DNA of 56,460 nucleotides from an uncultured Rickettsia sp. (GTDB lineage Bacteria; Pseudomonadota; Alphaproteobacteria; Rickettsiales; JABSSG01): NCBI GenBank assembly GCA_964515755.1, contig CAZEVK010000005.1, positions 732 to 57,191 of the forward strand, read 5' to 3'. Shown piece by piece: positions 18,409 to 28,560 of this stretch (position 1 is its first letter; each line of letters starts with the position of its first letter). The notes under the pieces were generated by a model. It saw only the letters and a program-made list of their open reading frames with translations, ran no database searches and was not told where the DNA came from. The position numbers and the translations under genes were made by a program.

Positions 18409-20439
18409 ATGAAGAAATTTTTTCGTACTATAATACTGTGTTTAATCTCAGTAGTTTCAGTAAGTTTGAATGCTTATTGTTGTGATAGTTTTTTTTCATA
18501 TTCTTTTTCAATGCCTGGATGTAGTGGATGGGATAACTTTACGTGGTGTAATTATACATCTGCTGCTTTTAAAAATGATCCGTTAAATCCAACTGCAACT
18601 TTTAATGCTCATTGTTGTGGTTGGCATGCTGGAGGAGAAGGAAGTGGAAGCGTTCAGCTAGGAGTAAATCAAATGGCGGCGCCTTTAAGCATACATACTT
18701 CGTGGGCGCAGACCGGTTGTGGTTCTAATTATGATGCTATGTTGGTGCTTGTAAATCAGGCGACTGCGAGTCAGGTATCGGATTATACTAATAATCCAAT
18801 TACTGTTAATGTTAATAATTATGGTAAGGTTAATTTACAAGATACTCCACTAAAAAGAGCTTGTGCAAATAATATTGTAGGAAATGAAGGGTATGAATTT
18901 TATCAACAGGTTTGTAGCTCTACAAATTTCCCAACTAGCTCTACTCCTTGTACAGTTAACGATAATAGGTTGGTATGTTCTTTGCCGATAGCTTGTGCAA
19001 TTTTTCAATATACTAATGGAAATAGTATTTGGAATGATTGTTATTTTGTTCTGTTTCCGCCTTCTCCTCCACCATTTTGTTGCTCGATATCGATGCCAGC
19101 TTCACCTCCGGATACTGCTAATATTTGCCAAGAAAATACTTTTCCTTCGTCAAATAATATATGTGTGCCGCCATCTTCTGATGGAGGTAGAGGTGTTGCT
19201 CCTGTCGTTAATAACTTTTTTACTCCTTCTATTAGAGTAGCTTTTGATGCTCCATCTTCTGCATTTTTATCTGTTACTCCATGGTGTTCGAGTGGTTCTA
19301 ATCCTCCAGGATGTGTTACTGGTTCTGGTACCGCTAATTTCACACCGCAAGCTGGTACTACATACACAATTCAACAATGTACTACTACTGGTCAGCAAAA
19401 TTGTATTACTGTACCTCAGCAAACATCGCCTAATAAAAATTTCCCGACAAATATGGAGGTTATTTATTACTTGCCAAATAATCCTCCTACTTCACCTTTA
19501 GTAAGTAGATATTATTATCAAACAGTTGGGGGGTCAGCCGGGTCTTTATATGGTATTAATCTTGGTAATTATTGTGATTTAAGCCATAGCTTAGTCTCAG
19601 AGAATCCCGCGTCGTGCACAATAGCCGATTCAAATGATAGCCTAAGATCATTTCAAACTTACTTACAATGTGATCCAAATTCTAGCCCTTCGGATCCTAT
19701 GTATTTATATACATGTTCCAATGTTTGCGTTCGTGACGTTACTTTTGGAGGAGATGCTGGCTCATGTTTTCCAGTTCCAGCAATGCCTTTGCCAAAATCT
19801 GTGGTTCCTTGCGGAACTAATACTCCAACAGATTTCTGTATGAAATTAGCTTTCCAAGATGGTTATAGTGGCCAAATTCAAGGCACTATTCCAAGTACTT
19901 CACCTAGCCCTGGGTCAAATTTAATTTATTATATTGGCGCAATATCTGGCTCAAAGATTGGTTTGCAAGCTATGGTTACAGATGATAATTATAATCAACC
20001 AGATGGGAATGGAAATATATGTCTTAATAGCAATGGTGCTCCGGTATCAACGCCTTGCCCAGCATATAAGAACGGTTATCAGCCTGGTGGACTATATTAT
20101 GTAAATGGACAGTATATGGGTGGAGGTACTCAATTTTGTTATCTTCCTCAGTCAACTCCTGTAGCATGCCCGCCTGGTTGCGTGTCTGATTGTAACTGTG
20201 TTGAATCCAAACTAGTTTCTGGATCTGGTCAATCATCATTTCCAAGCCTAGTTATTAGCGATCGTATAATTCCTCCTCCTTCAACTGCTTCTCCTCTGGA
20301 TAATAATAGTCTTAGTACTGTTTCTCCTTCAACGGGTAACGGGGTAAGAGGGATGAATTCGTTGGAGGCCGGGCTTTGTGTAACTATACCTCTTCCACCC
20401 CCTGCGCCACCACCAGCAAAGCTCAAGCCAGCTTCTTAA
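18409..20439 (+). CDS. Hypothetical exported Cys/Pro/Ser/Thr-rich protein
   Basis: Signal-peptide-like N-terminus (MKKFFRTIILCLISVVSVSLNA), about 38 Cys counted by hand in 676 aa, PPPAPPPA near the C-terminus, no recognised domain. Confidence 0.85.
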   Translation: MKKFFRTIILCLISVVSVSLNAYCCDSFFSYSFSMPGCSGWDNFTWCNYTSAAFKNDPLNPTATFNAHCCGWHAGGEGSGSVQLGVNQMAAPLSIHTSWAQTGCGSNYDAMLVLVNQATASQVSDYTNNPITVNVNNYGKVNLQDTPLKRACANNIVGNEGYEFYQQVCSSTNFPTSSTPCTVNDNRLVCSLPIACAIFQYTNGNSIWNDCYFVLFPPSPPPFCCSISMPASPPDTANICQENTFPSSNNICVPPSSDGGRGVAPVVNNFFTPSIRVAFDAPSSAFLSVTPWCSSGSNPPGCVTGSGTANFTPQAGTTYTIQQCTTTGQQNCITVPQQTSPNKNFPTNMEVIYYLPNNPPTSPLVSRYYYQTVGGSAGSLYGINLGNYCDLSHSLVSENPASCTIADSNDSLRSFQTYLQCDPNSSPSDPMYLYTCSNVCVRDVTFGGDAGSCFPVPAMPLPKSVVPCGTNTPTDFCMKLAFQDGYSGQIQGTIPSTSPSPGSNLIYYIGAISGSKIGLQAMVTDDNYNQPDGNGNICLNSNGAPVSTPCPAYKNGYQPGGLYYVNGQYMGGGTQFCYLPQSTPVACPPGCVSDCNCVESKLVSGSGQSSFPSLVISDRIIPPPSTASPLDNNSLSTVSPSTGNGVRGMNSLEAGLCVTIPLPPPAPPPAKLKPAS

Positions 20440-20523
20440 AGTTGACATTTACATGATTAATAAAGATCTTTTACTAATAAACAAATCATGTTATTATCTC
20501 TTCCCTGAAAAAGGAGTTCAATT

Positions 20524-21777
20524 ATGCGTAAGGTCATTTTTACTGGTAGTGTTGCCAATAGTCTAGAATGGTATGATTTCGCATTATATGCAAATTTTGC
20601 CGGCTTGATAGGACAAAAATTTTTCCCAACATTTGATTCAAATGCAGCTATGATAGCAGCATTTGGTGTTTTTGCTGTCGGCTTTTTAATGCGACCAATA
20701 GGCGCTATAATATTTGGTAGTATTGGCGATCGTTTTGGGCGTAAACTTGCACTTAGCCTATCAGTTTTATCAATGTCTATACCGACAGCTTTAGTAGGAT
20801 TGCTACCTACTTATGAGGTAATAGGCGTATGGGCGCCAATTTTCTTAACATTAATGAGGTTATTACAAGGCTTGTCTATGGGTGGCGCACTTATGGGTTC
20901 AGCATCATACATCATTGAGCACGCGCAACCAAAAAATAGAGGTATTGCAGGAAGTGCTTCTATGTTTAGTCTTTGTCTTGGCTTTACTTTTGGTTCGGTT
21001 GTTGCTTGGGCGCTTTCAACGTATATGAGTTATGATAATTTTATGAGTTACGGTTGGCGATTGCCTTTTTTATTTGGTATAATAATTATAGCGGTAAGCT
21101 ATTATATTAAGCGTTATTCCAAAGAAAGTCCTGAATTTGAAGAAGAAAAAATTTCCGGCCGTCTTACAAAGCATCCTTTCAAAGAGCTAATGAAATCATA
21201 TAAGCAGGTGATTTTTACTTCTATTTCAATTAATTCATTAGGTTCAGTTGGCTTTTATGCGTTAGCAGTTTTTGTTAGTGAGTATTTACAAAGTGAGCGT
21301 AAATTTAGTTTTGCTGAAGCAAATTCTATGGGTTCATGGTCTATGATGGTCATCATGTTTACTGTGGTTTTTGCTGGAGCAATGTCTGATTATATCGGTC
21401 GCAAAAGATGGTTTATTATAGTTTCATCTGTGACTATATTTTTTATTTGGCCATTTTGTTCAATGCTAATTACTGGCAATTATTTAGAAGTTTGTATAGC
21501 ACAATTAATATTTGCTTTTCTTATTGGATGTTATCTGGGCCCAGAGCCTGCACTGCAAATGGAAATGTATCCGACTAATGTGCGTAATACTGGTGTATCG
21601 TTTTCTTACAACTTAGGCTGTTCTATTTTTGGTGGTACTACGCCGCTTATTTGTAAGTTGTTGCTTGATAGTTTCCAAAATATTTATGTACTAGCTTACT
21701 ATATTACTGGAATTGCTGTTGTGAGTATTATTGCTGTGTCTTTCTATAAGAATAGATGGATTATTAGGAGCAAGTAA
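20524..21777 (+). CDS. MFS transporter, ProP/MHS (proline-betaine) family
   Basis: ANSLEWYDF, GFLMRPIGAIIFGSIGDRFGRK, RLLQGLSMGG, GWRLPFL, ESPEF. Confidence 0.9.
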   Translation: MRKVIFTGSVANSLEWYDFALYANFAGLIGQKFFPTFDSNAAMIAAFGVFAVGFLMRPIGAIIFGSIGDRFGRKLALSLSVLSMSIPTALVGLLPTYEVIGVWAPIFLTLMRLLQGLSMGGALMGSASYIIEHAQPKNRGIAGSASMFSLCLGFTFGSVVAWALSTYMSYDNFMSYGWRLPFLFGIIIIAVSYYIKRYSKESPEFEEEKISGRLTKHPFKELMKSYKQVIFTSISINSLGSVGFYALAVFVSEYLQSERKFSFAEANSMGSWSMMVIMFTVVFAGAMSDYIGRKRWFIIVSSVTIFFIWPFCSMLITGNYLEVCIAQLIFAFLIGCYLGPEPALQMEMYPTNVRNTGVSFSYNLGCSIFGGTTPLICKLLLDSFQNIYVLAYYITGIAVVSIIAVSFYKNRWIIRSK

Positions 21778-21781
21778 TCTG

Positions 21782-23719
21782 CTAGTAGGCATGTTCAGTA
21801 ATTTTTTCTTGTGAAAGTATTTTTGACTTTGTCTCTAATATTTCTGAAATTGTTGAGAATATTTGCTTTGCATTTAATCCACATTCTTCATATTGCTCGT
21901 CTTGATTTGCTTGTTCAATAAATAAGTCAGGTATAAATAAATTACGCACCACGAGATTATTATTACCAAACATATCATTTTGTAATAAATAGTTATTTAC
22001 ATATGAACCAAATCCACCAATGCTACCTTCTTCTATTGTCATAAGTATTTGATGATTTTGGGCAAGATTTTTAATTAATTTTTCATCTATAGGTTTTGCA
22101 AATCTTGCATCAGCAATAGTACAGTTGATATTATATTTTTTTAATAACAATTCTGCAGCTTTTTGTGTTTCTTGCAATCTCGTGCCTAATGAAATTATAG
22201 CTATGTCAGTACCTTGTTGAATAATTCTTCCTACGCCGACAGGTATAATTTCAGGGATTAAATTAGCATTAGTTCCTACGATTTCTCCACGGGGATAACG
22301 AAACGCCACCGGTGCATCATTTATTTGTGAGGCAGTTAGAACCATATTTGCTAGTTCTTGCTCATCACTTGCTGCCATAATAATAAAGTTAGGTAATGTT
22401 CCTAAATAAGCAATATCAAATGAGCCTGCATGTGTTGATCCATCGGCTCCTACTAAACCAGCTCGGTCTATAGCAAATTTGACTGGCAATTTTTGTATAG
22501 CAACATCATGAACTATTTGATCATATGCTCGTTGTAAAAATGTAGAATAAATTGCTACAAAAGGTTTGTAGCCTTCGCAAGCAAGACCTGCAGCAAATGT
22601 TACTGCGTGCTGTTCAGCAATACCAACATCAAAAAATCTTTCTGGATGATTTTTTTGAAATTTATCTAAGCCAGTACCTGAAGCCATAGCTGCAGTAATT
22701 GCAATTATTTTTTTATCTTTTTCTGCTATTTCATTTAAAATTTTTGCAAAAATTTGTGTGTAAGTTAGCTTAGAAGCAATATTTTTTTTTTGAATACGAG
22801 TTTCAAGACAGAATTTGCCAATAGCATGAAACTTTTCTGCAGAAGCTTCTGGCGATTGAAATCCTTTTCCTTTTTCAGTTATTGCATGTATTAAAATAGG
22901 TTTTTTTATAGTGTCGGTATCATCTCTTACATTTTCTAAAACTTTTACTAATGTTTCTAGATCATGACCATCTAATGGCCCAATATAATAAAAGCCCAGC
23001 TCTTCAAAAATGTTGCCATTTTTAGTTACAGATTTCAGGTTTTTCTCTATTTTTTGTAAAGCTCTTTTTATAAACTTACTTCCAGGAAGATTTGTAACTG
23101 AGGTTTTAATAGTGTCACGTATAGTTAAATATGGTTTTGAAGAGATAAATCTAGATAAGTAGCTGCTCATCGCACCTACAGCTGGTGATATTGACATATT
23201 ATTATCATTGAGAATTATAATAAGCCTATTATTTAATGAACCTGCATTATTTATTGCTTCATATGCCATACCTGCACTAATTGCACCATCACCAATTACT
23301 GTTATGACCCTATTTGTATCATTAGATAGCATTTTTGCAATCTCCATTCCCAGCCCTGCAGATATGGATGTAGAACTATGGCCAGTACCAAAACAGTCAT
23401 AAATACTTTCTGCACGTTTTGTAAATCCTGATAAACCATTTTTTTGTCTGAGTGTAGACATTTCATCACGGCGTCCAGTTAGAATTTTATGCGGATAGCT
23501 TTGATGACCAACATCCCAAATTAGCCTGTCTGTAGGGGTGTTAAATACGTAATGTAATGCTATATTTAGTTCAATAACTCCTAAGCTTGCTCCTAAATGA
23601 CCACCTGTTTGTGATACAATATTAATGATTTCACTGCGCAGCTCTTTACAAAGTCGTAAAAGTTGATCAGAATTGAAATGCTTGATGTCATTTGGGCTTT
23701 TTATTGTGTCTAATAACAT
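21782..23719 (-). CDS. dxs: 1-deoxy-D-xylulose-5-phosphate synthase
   Basis: GGHLGASLG, WDVGHQSYPHKILTGR, GDGAISAGMAYEA, LNDNNMSIS, DVGIAEQHAV, AFRYPRG. Likely start is ATG 23719 (MLLDTIKSP), not 23782. Confidence 0.97.
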   Translation of the reverse strand: MLLDTIKSPNDIKHFNSDQLLRLCKELRSEIINIVSQTGGHLGASLGVIELNIALHYVFNTPTDRLIWDVGHQSYPHKILTGRRDEMSTLRQKNGLSGFTKRAESIYDCFGTGHSSTSISAGLGMEIAKMLSNDTNRVITVIGDGAISAGMAYEAINNAGSLNNRLIIILNDNNMSISPAVGAMSSYLSRFISSKPYLTIRDTIKTSVTNLPGSKFIKRALQKIEKNLKSVTKNGNIFEELGFYYIGPLDGHDLETLVKVLENVRDDTDTIKKPILIHAITEKGKGFQSPEASAEKFHAIGKFCLETRIQKKNIASKLTYTQIFAKILNEIAEKDKKIIAITAAMASGTGLDKFQKNHPERFFDVGIAEQHAVTFAAGLACEGYKPFVAIYSTFLQRAYDQIVHDVAIQKLPVKFAIDRAGLVGADGSTHAGSFDIAYLGTLPNFIIMAASDEQELANMVLTASQINDAPVAFRYPRGEIVGTNANLIPEIIPVGVGRIIQQGTDIAIISLGTRLQETQKAAELLLKKYNINCTIADARFAKPIDEKLIKNLAQNHQILMTIEEGSIGGFGSYVNNYLLQNDMFGNNNLVVRNLFIPDLFIEQANQDEQYEECGLNAKQIFSTISEILETKSKILSQEKITEHAY

Positions 23720-23735
23720 AAGACGTGCAAATGAG

Positions 23736-23810
23736 TTGTTGGTTAAGAAGATGCATAGTAGTATTACTATAGATTGGTTCATTTGTAAAGAATGAACTAC
23801 TTTTAGGAGG
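23736..23810 (+). promoter_or_regulatory. Putative virB3 promoter (TTGTTG-N17-TAGTAT), inverted repeat GTTCATT-N7-AATGAAC (23777-23797) and AGGAGG RBS (23805-23810)
   Basis: Read directly from the 96-bp dxs/virB3 divergent intergenic region; the RBS is 5 nt before the ATG. Confidence 0.5.
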
Positions 23811-23815
23811 TTTAT

Positions 23816-24115
23816 ATGGGTGAAAATAGCGGTAGTGTTGCAAACGATCCTTTGTTTGTTGGGTTAACTCGTCCGACTATGTTTTTAGGGGTTAGTTTTA
23901 CATTTGCTTTACTAAATGGTTTTATTAATATTATTGCTTATATCAATGCTCCCAGTCTTAAAGTAATCTTTATTGCAGTCTTAGTTCATATGGTTGGCTA
24001 TATTATTTGTTTTAAAGAACCTTTATTTTTAGAACTTTATTTAAAAAGAGGAGCGATAGCCACCAGATGTAAGAATAGAAGTTTTCATGGAGCTAATTCT
24101 TATGATCTTTATTAA
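23816..24115 (+). CDS. virB3: Type IV secretion protein VirB3
   Basis: DPLFVGLTRPTMFLGV, ICFKEPLF, NSYD; immediately upstream of virB4. Confidence 0.95.
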   Translation: MGENSGSVANDPLFVGLTRPTMFLGVSFTFALLNGFINIIAYINAPSLKVIFIAVLVHMVGYIICFKEPLFLELYLKRGAIATRCKNRSFHGANSYDLY

Positions 24116-24130
24116 ATTAATACTTGGATT

Positions 24131-26560
24131 GTGATGAAATTATTTAAGAATCGTTCTGCTAGAGACAAGTATGCTAAAGACGAGTATTCGGCTTCGAATT
24201 TTATACCTTATTCTTGCCATTGGAACAGACACACTATTATTACAAAAAAAGAAGAATTACTGCAGGTTATTAAAGTAGGAGGTTTCTCTTTTGAAACTGC
24301 TGATGATGATGATTTAGATATAAAGAAAAGCCTTAGAAATAACTTACTTAAAGGACTATCCACTGGTGGTATTGCTTTATTTTTTCACACAGTACGAAGA
24401 AGACAAAGTATTATTGATACAAAAAGTGGAAGCGTTGATTCTCATGAAAGAGATAACATTAGTTTTACAGAATTTGTGAATCAAGAATGGCAAAAGAAGC
24501 AATTGAGTCATGAAGCTTTTGTAAATGAGCTATTCATTACTGTCGTTCGCGGGCCAGATACAGGGGGTGCAGCAATTTTTGAATACTTACTAAAAAAGTT
24601 CCAACAAAAAACTGATAAAAGTAGTTGGGAAAGTCAAATGCGGGATATGTATGAAGAGCTAGAAGAAACTACTGGCAGGATTATGGCTACTTTATCTGAT
24701 TATAATCCAAAATTACTATCTGTTGTTGAAACAGACGACGGCCCTTTATCTGAAATATTAGAATTTCTTGGTAAGCTTGTTAATTGCGGTTATTCAAGCT
24801 CTTATATTCCTCCATTAAATAATATTGATAGATATTTACCCACTCATCGAATATATTTTGGGTATAAGTCTATCGAGGTTACAGGCCCTATGGGACGAAG
24901 GTATGCAGGTATTATTGCTGTTAGGGAATATGGGCCAACAACATCTGCTGGTATGCTAGATGGTTTCCTTAGAATGCCTTTTGAGTTTATTATAAGCCAG
25001 TCTTTTGTTTTTACAAATCGTCAGGTAGCAATAGGCAAAATGCAACTTCAACAAAATCGAATGATTCAAGCTGAAGATAAAGCGGTTTCGCAAATAGTAG
25101 AAATTTCAAATGCGCTTGACATGGCTATGAGTGGTCAAATAGGTTTTGGAGAGCATACTTTTACAATATTATGTTTAGAGGATAGTCCTAAAAAATTAGA
25201 ATTTGCTTTGAATCAAGCTATAGTTGAGCTTAGTAATTCTGGTATTCAGCCAGTTAGAGAAAAAGTTAACCTTGAGCCGTCTTTTTGGGGGCAACTGCCA
25301 TGTAATCAAAGCTATATGGTTAGAAAGGCAGTTATAAATACGCTAAATCTAGCAAGTTTTGCATCTTTGCATAACTACCCTGTTGGTAAGGCAAAAGGAA
25401 ATCATTGGGGTGATGCAGTAACTGTGTTTAATACCACTTCTGGTACTCCTTATTTCTTTAATTTTCATTTAAGAGATGTGGGTCATACTACCATTATTGG
25501 TCCAACGGGTGCTGGTAAAACTGTGTTAATGAATTTTTTATGTGCTCAGTCACAAAAATTTCAATGTAGGATGTTCTTCTTTGATAAGGATCGTGGTGCA
25601 GAAATATTTATTCGTGCTATTAATGGAATTTATAATGTCATAGATCCAGGTAAAGCTTGCGGTTTTAATCCATTAAAACTTCCTGAAAATAGCGAAAATA
25701 AAAGCTTTTTGCTCGATTGGCTAAAGCTTTTAGTCACAGTAAATGGTGAAGAAATAACAGCAGAAAATATTAAACTTCTGAGTATGGCCATAGAAGGCAA
25801 TTATAAATTAAAATATGAAGATAGAATATTGCGTAACATAGTACCATTTCTTGGAATGAATAGTGAGGGCAGCTTAGCAAGCAGGATAGATATGTGGCAC
25901 TCTAGCGGTTCTCATGCCAAGGTATTTGATAATGAAATTGATATAGTTGATTTCTCTAAGTCTGATACGTTTGGGTTTGAGATGGCAGAATTGTTAAAAG
26001 ATACTATGGCATTAGGACCAGTATTATTATATGTGTTCCATCGAATTAATATTTCTTTAGATGGTTCACCAACTATGATTGTTCTTGATGAAGCCTGGGC
26101 TCTAATAGATAATGCTGTATTTGCTCCTAGAATTAAAGATTGGTTAAAAGTTTTACGAAAACTAAATGCCTTCGTAATTTTTGCAACCCAAAGCGTTGAA
26201 GATGCTAGTAAGAGCGGTATTAGTGATACTCTTATTCAGCAAACAGCAACACAGATTTTCTTACCTAACCTCAAGGCTACAGATGTATACAGAAGTTCTT
26301 TTATGTTAACTAAACGAGAATATATTCTTATAAAAAGTACTGATCCAGGTAGCAGATTCTTTCTAGTAAAACAAGGTACGGATGCAGTTATTGCGAGACT
26401 TGATCTTTATGGAATGGAAGATATCATTAATGTTTTATCAGGACGTAGTGAAACAGTATTATTATTATACGAAATAATGGATGAATATGGCCAGAATCCC
26501 AAAGATTGGTTGCCAGTTTTTTATAAAAAATGTAGAGAACTTAATCGTGCAAAAAAATGA
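24131..26560 (+). CDS. virB4: Type IV secretion ATPase VirB4
   Basis: Walker A GHTTIIGPTGAGKT, FFDKDRG, IVLDEAW (Walker B), LRKLNAFVIFATQS. Confidence 0.97.
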   Translation: MMKLFKNRSARDKYAKDEYSASNFIPYSCHWNRHTIITKKEELLQVIKVGGFSFETADDDDLDIKKSLRNNLLKGLSTGGIALFFHTVRRRQSIIDTKSGSVDSHERDNISFTEFVNQEWQKKQLSHEAFVNELFITVVRGPDTGGAAIFEYLLKKFQQKTDKSSWESQMRDMYEELEETTGRIMATLSDYNPKLLSVVETDDGPLSEILEFLGKLVNCGYSSSYIPPLNNIDRYLPTHRIYFGYKSIEVTGPMGRRYAGIIAVREYGPTTSAGMLDGFLRMPFEFIISQSFVFTNRQVAIGKMQLQQNRMIQAEDKAVSQIVEISNALDMAMSGQIGFGEHTFTILCLEDSPKKLEFALNQAIVELSNSGIQPVREKVNLEPSFWGQLPCNQSYMVRKAVINTLNLASFASLHNYPVGKAKGNHWGDAVTVFNTTSGTPYFFNFHLRDVGHTTIIGPTGAGKTVLMNFLCAQSQKFQCRMFFFDKDRGAEIFIRAINGIYNVIDPGKACGFNPLKLPENSENKSFLLDWLKLLVTVNGEEITAENIKLLSMAIEGNYKLKYEDRILRNIVPFLGMNSEGSLASRIDMWHSSGSHAKVFDNEIDIVDFSKSDTFGFEMAELLKDTMALGPVLLYVFHRINISLDGSPTMIVLDEAWALIDNAVFAPRIKDWLKVLRKLNAFVIFATQSVEDASKSGISDTLIQQTATQIFLPNLKATDVYRSSFMLTKREYILIKSTDPGSRFFLVKQGTDAVIARLDLYGMEDIINVLSGRSETVLLLYEIMDEYGQNPKDWLPVFYKKCRELNRAKK

Positions 26561-28554
26561 ATGATTTTAAGAAAAACATTATAGTATTTTTATATTTAAT
26601 TTTAGCGATTATTGCGTCGTGGAACTGTAATGCCGAAGCATTGGGTAATGTGCCTTTAGGAGCTAACTGTAAGGCTAATATTACTATTATGACTCCTTCA
26701 ACCACTAATGTTGATCCAATAACGTTGCAGTTTAGTAACTTAGTAAAGAATGTCGAAATGAATGCTGCAGGTAATATAAATCAAGAGGGGAGTTATATAA
26801 TTTGTAATAACACTAACGATGCATTGCAATCATGTCTTTACGGAAGTACTTCTGGACAGGAGACGTTTCAATTAACTTCAGATTATACTGCTGCTACGCC
26901 TAATCCAAAAGTACCAGCACTTGACAGTTCCGGAAATTCTATCACTGTCAATAATAATCAGGTATATTGTCCTCTAACTAGAGCTGATGTGGTCACAGAT
27001 GATATTATGGCTGTTTTTACTTATAATGGTACACAATATAATATAAAACCTACTGTAAGTGGTGACGTTATTAACGTAATTCCTGGTAATTTCGGTATTG
27101 GAGGTTTCAGAGCAATTAAAGTTGGTACTCCTTTAACTGGTGAATCTGTTTGTTTGGCAATGCAGGGACCACAAGGATATGTTTATGTTGGTTGTAAAAG
27201 TCCACCAATTCCTAATACTCCTTCCGGAAATACTGCCTGTACTGCTGGAGCTAGTAGTCACTCTAAAGCCTTCTTTTCAGTAAGTGGTAGAATAATAGAA
27301 TGTGTGCAGGACTTATTTGCAACAGTATTTACTACTAATAGTATGTCTGGTTGTACTAATCCACCATGTACTACTATTTTCCAAAATTTTCAAACTGGTA
27401 TGCAAAATATTGTGCAGGCCGCACTTATACTTTATGTAATAATTTTTGGTATTAATATAGCTCTTAGTACGGAAGTACCTAAGAAAAGTGAAATATTAAT
27501 TGGTTTATTTAAGATTATTTTAGTTACGTATTTTTCTGTAGGGTTGACTTTTGATGGTAGCAATTCAAGTGGGATCGTGGATTATGTTTATCCACTTTTA
27601 AAAGCTGCAATGAATTCTTTTGCGCAATATGTTCTTGGGGCAGTTCCAGGATTTTGTCAGTATGATCCTACTTCGTATCCAACAGATAATGGTGTAAATT
27701 ATTCTTATCTTGCTTTATGGGATTCTCTTGATTGTAGAGTTGGTTATTATCTTGGTTTTTATAGTATTTTTACCCCTAATGCTAATGGAATTTATGGAAT
27801 ATTATCGCTCATATTTCCACTAGTTTTTGCAATGAAATTTTTATTTATAGCATTTATGTTATGTCTAGGAGTTTTCATCCTGTCTATAGTAATTTATTTT
27901 GTGCATGTGTATATTTTAGCATTACTTGGGTTAACTATGATGGCGTATTTAGCTCCGATCTTTGTACCGTGTGTTTTATTTGAAAAAACAAAAGATCATT
28001 TTGATGCCTGGAAGAGTTTATTGATTTCCTACACTTTACAGCCAACTATTTTAACAGGTTTTTTAGCAATTATGTTAGCTGTATTTGATCAAATAGTTTT
28101 TGGCACATGTACATTTGAAGTACAGTCAGTTGGAAGTTATGCTTATTGGATTGTTTCCCCTAACCCTAGTACGGATCCGTCATGTTACAATTCTTTTGGG
28201 TATCAGCTTGGTAGCACTTCGCCTACTACTATAAATTTATTATTTTTCAGTGTTTCTATTTTTGATCCTGATATGGCAGGTCCTTTATTTAGTGGGTTAG
28301 TTAAAGCAATGATTTTTGCTTTTATATTTTTCTTCTTTTCCGAATCTTTGGGAGAATTTGCTGCAGAACTTAGCGGTGGTAATAGTTTAAGTGATATTGC
28401 TATAAGTCCAACTAAAGTAATGAAAGAAGCAGCTGGGGGAATGTATAAAAAAGTATTTGAAAAAGTTAAACCTAAGGGAGTGGAAGGAGCTAGCGTTAAA
28501 GACACGAATGCTAAAGATAATAACGCTAAAGATAATAACGCAGAAAATAAGTAA
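26557..28554 (+). CDS. virB6: VirB6-family protein (first after virB4)
   Basis: ALILYVIIFG, YLALWDSLDCR, YLAPIFVPCVLFEKTKDHFDAWKSLLISYTLQP; ATGA overlap with virB4. Confidence 0.92.
   Translation: MNDFKKNIIVFLYLILAIIASWNCNAEALGNVPLGANCKANITIMTPSTTNVDPITLQFSNLVKNVEMNAAGNINQEGSYIICNNTNDALQSCLYGSTSGQETFQLTSDYTAATPNPKVPALDSSGNSITVNNNQVYCPLTRADVVTDDIMAVFTYNGTQYNIKPTVSGDVINVIPGNFGIGGFRAIKVGTPLTGESVCLAMQGPQGYVYVGCKSPPIPNTPSGNTACTAGASSHSKAFFSVSGRIIECVQDLFATVFTTNSMSGCTNPPCTTIFQNFQTGMQNIVQAALILYVIIFGINIALSTEVPKKSEILIGLFKIILVTYFSVGLTFDGSNSSGIVDYVYPLLKAAMNSFAQYVLGAVPGFCQYDPTSYPTDNGVNYSYLALWDSLDCRVGYYLGFYSIFTPNANGIYGILSLIFPLVFAMKFLFIAFMLCLGVFILSIVIYFVHVYILALLGLTMMAYLAPIFVPCVLFEKTKDHFDAWKSLLISYTLQPTILTGFLAIMLAVFDQIVFGTCTFEVQSVGSYAYWIVSPNPSTDPSCYNSFGYQLGSTSPTTINLLFFSVSIFDPDMAGPLFSGLVKAMIFAFIFFFFSESLGEFAAELSGGNSLSDIAISPTKVMKEAAGGMYKKVFEKVKPKGVEGASVKDTNAKDNNAKDNNAENK
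28510..28539 (+). repeat. 15-bp tandem repeat (GCTAAAGATAATAAC x2, AKDNN) in the VirB6 C-terminal tail
   Basis: Two exact copies followed by a degenerate third (GCAGAAAATAAG). Confidence 0.8.
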
Positions 28555-28560
28555 TTTTGA

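Noticed and set aside
22782-22791. T10 run in dxs (and T9 runs in zapE) as phase-variation sites
   Set aside because: Reading frames are intact, the genes are housekeeping, and Lys/Asn-codon poly-A runs are common in this genome.
227-23770. Shared ATAGTAGTAT(T)ACTA string at about 227-241 and 23755-23769 as a common regulator site
   Set aside because: Low-complexity AT-rich 10-mer; matches of this length are expected by chance among intergenic regions here.
23720-23782. 21-aa hydrophobic N-terminal extension of Dxs in the ORF track, resembling a signal peptide
   Set aside because: Dxs homology begins at MLLDTIKSP (ATG 23719); the extension runs over the predicted virB3 promoter and is probably an over-called start.
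28510-28551. AKDNN tandem repeat as a functional repeat domain
   Set aside because: Only two exact copies in a disordered tail; listed as a feature but not evidence of a system.
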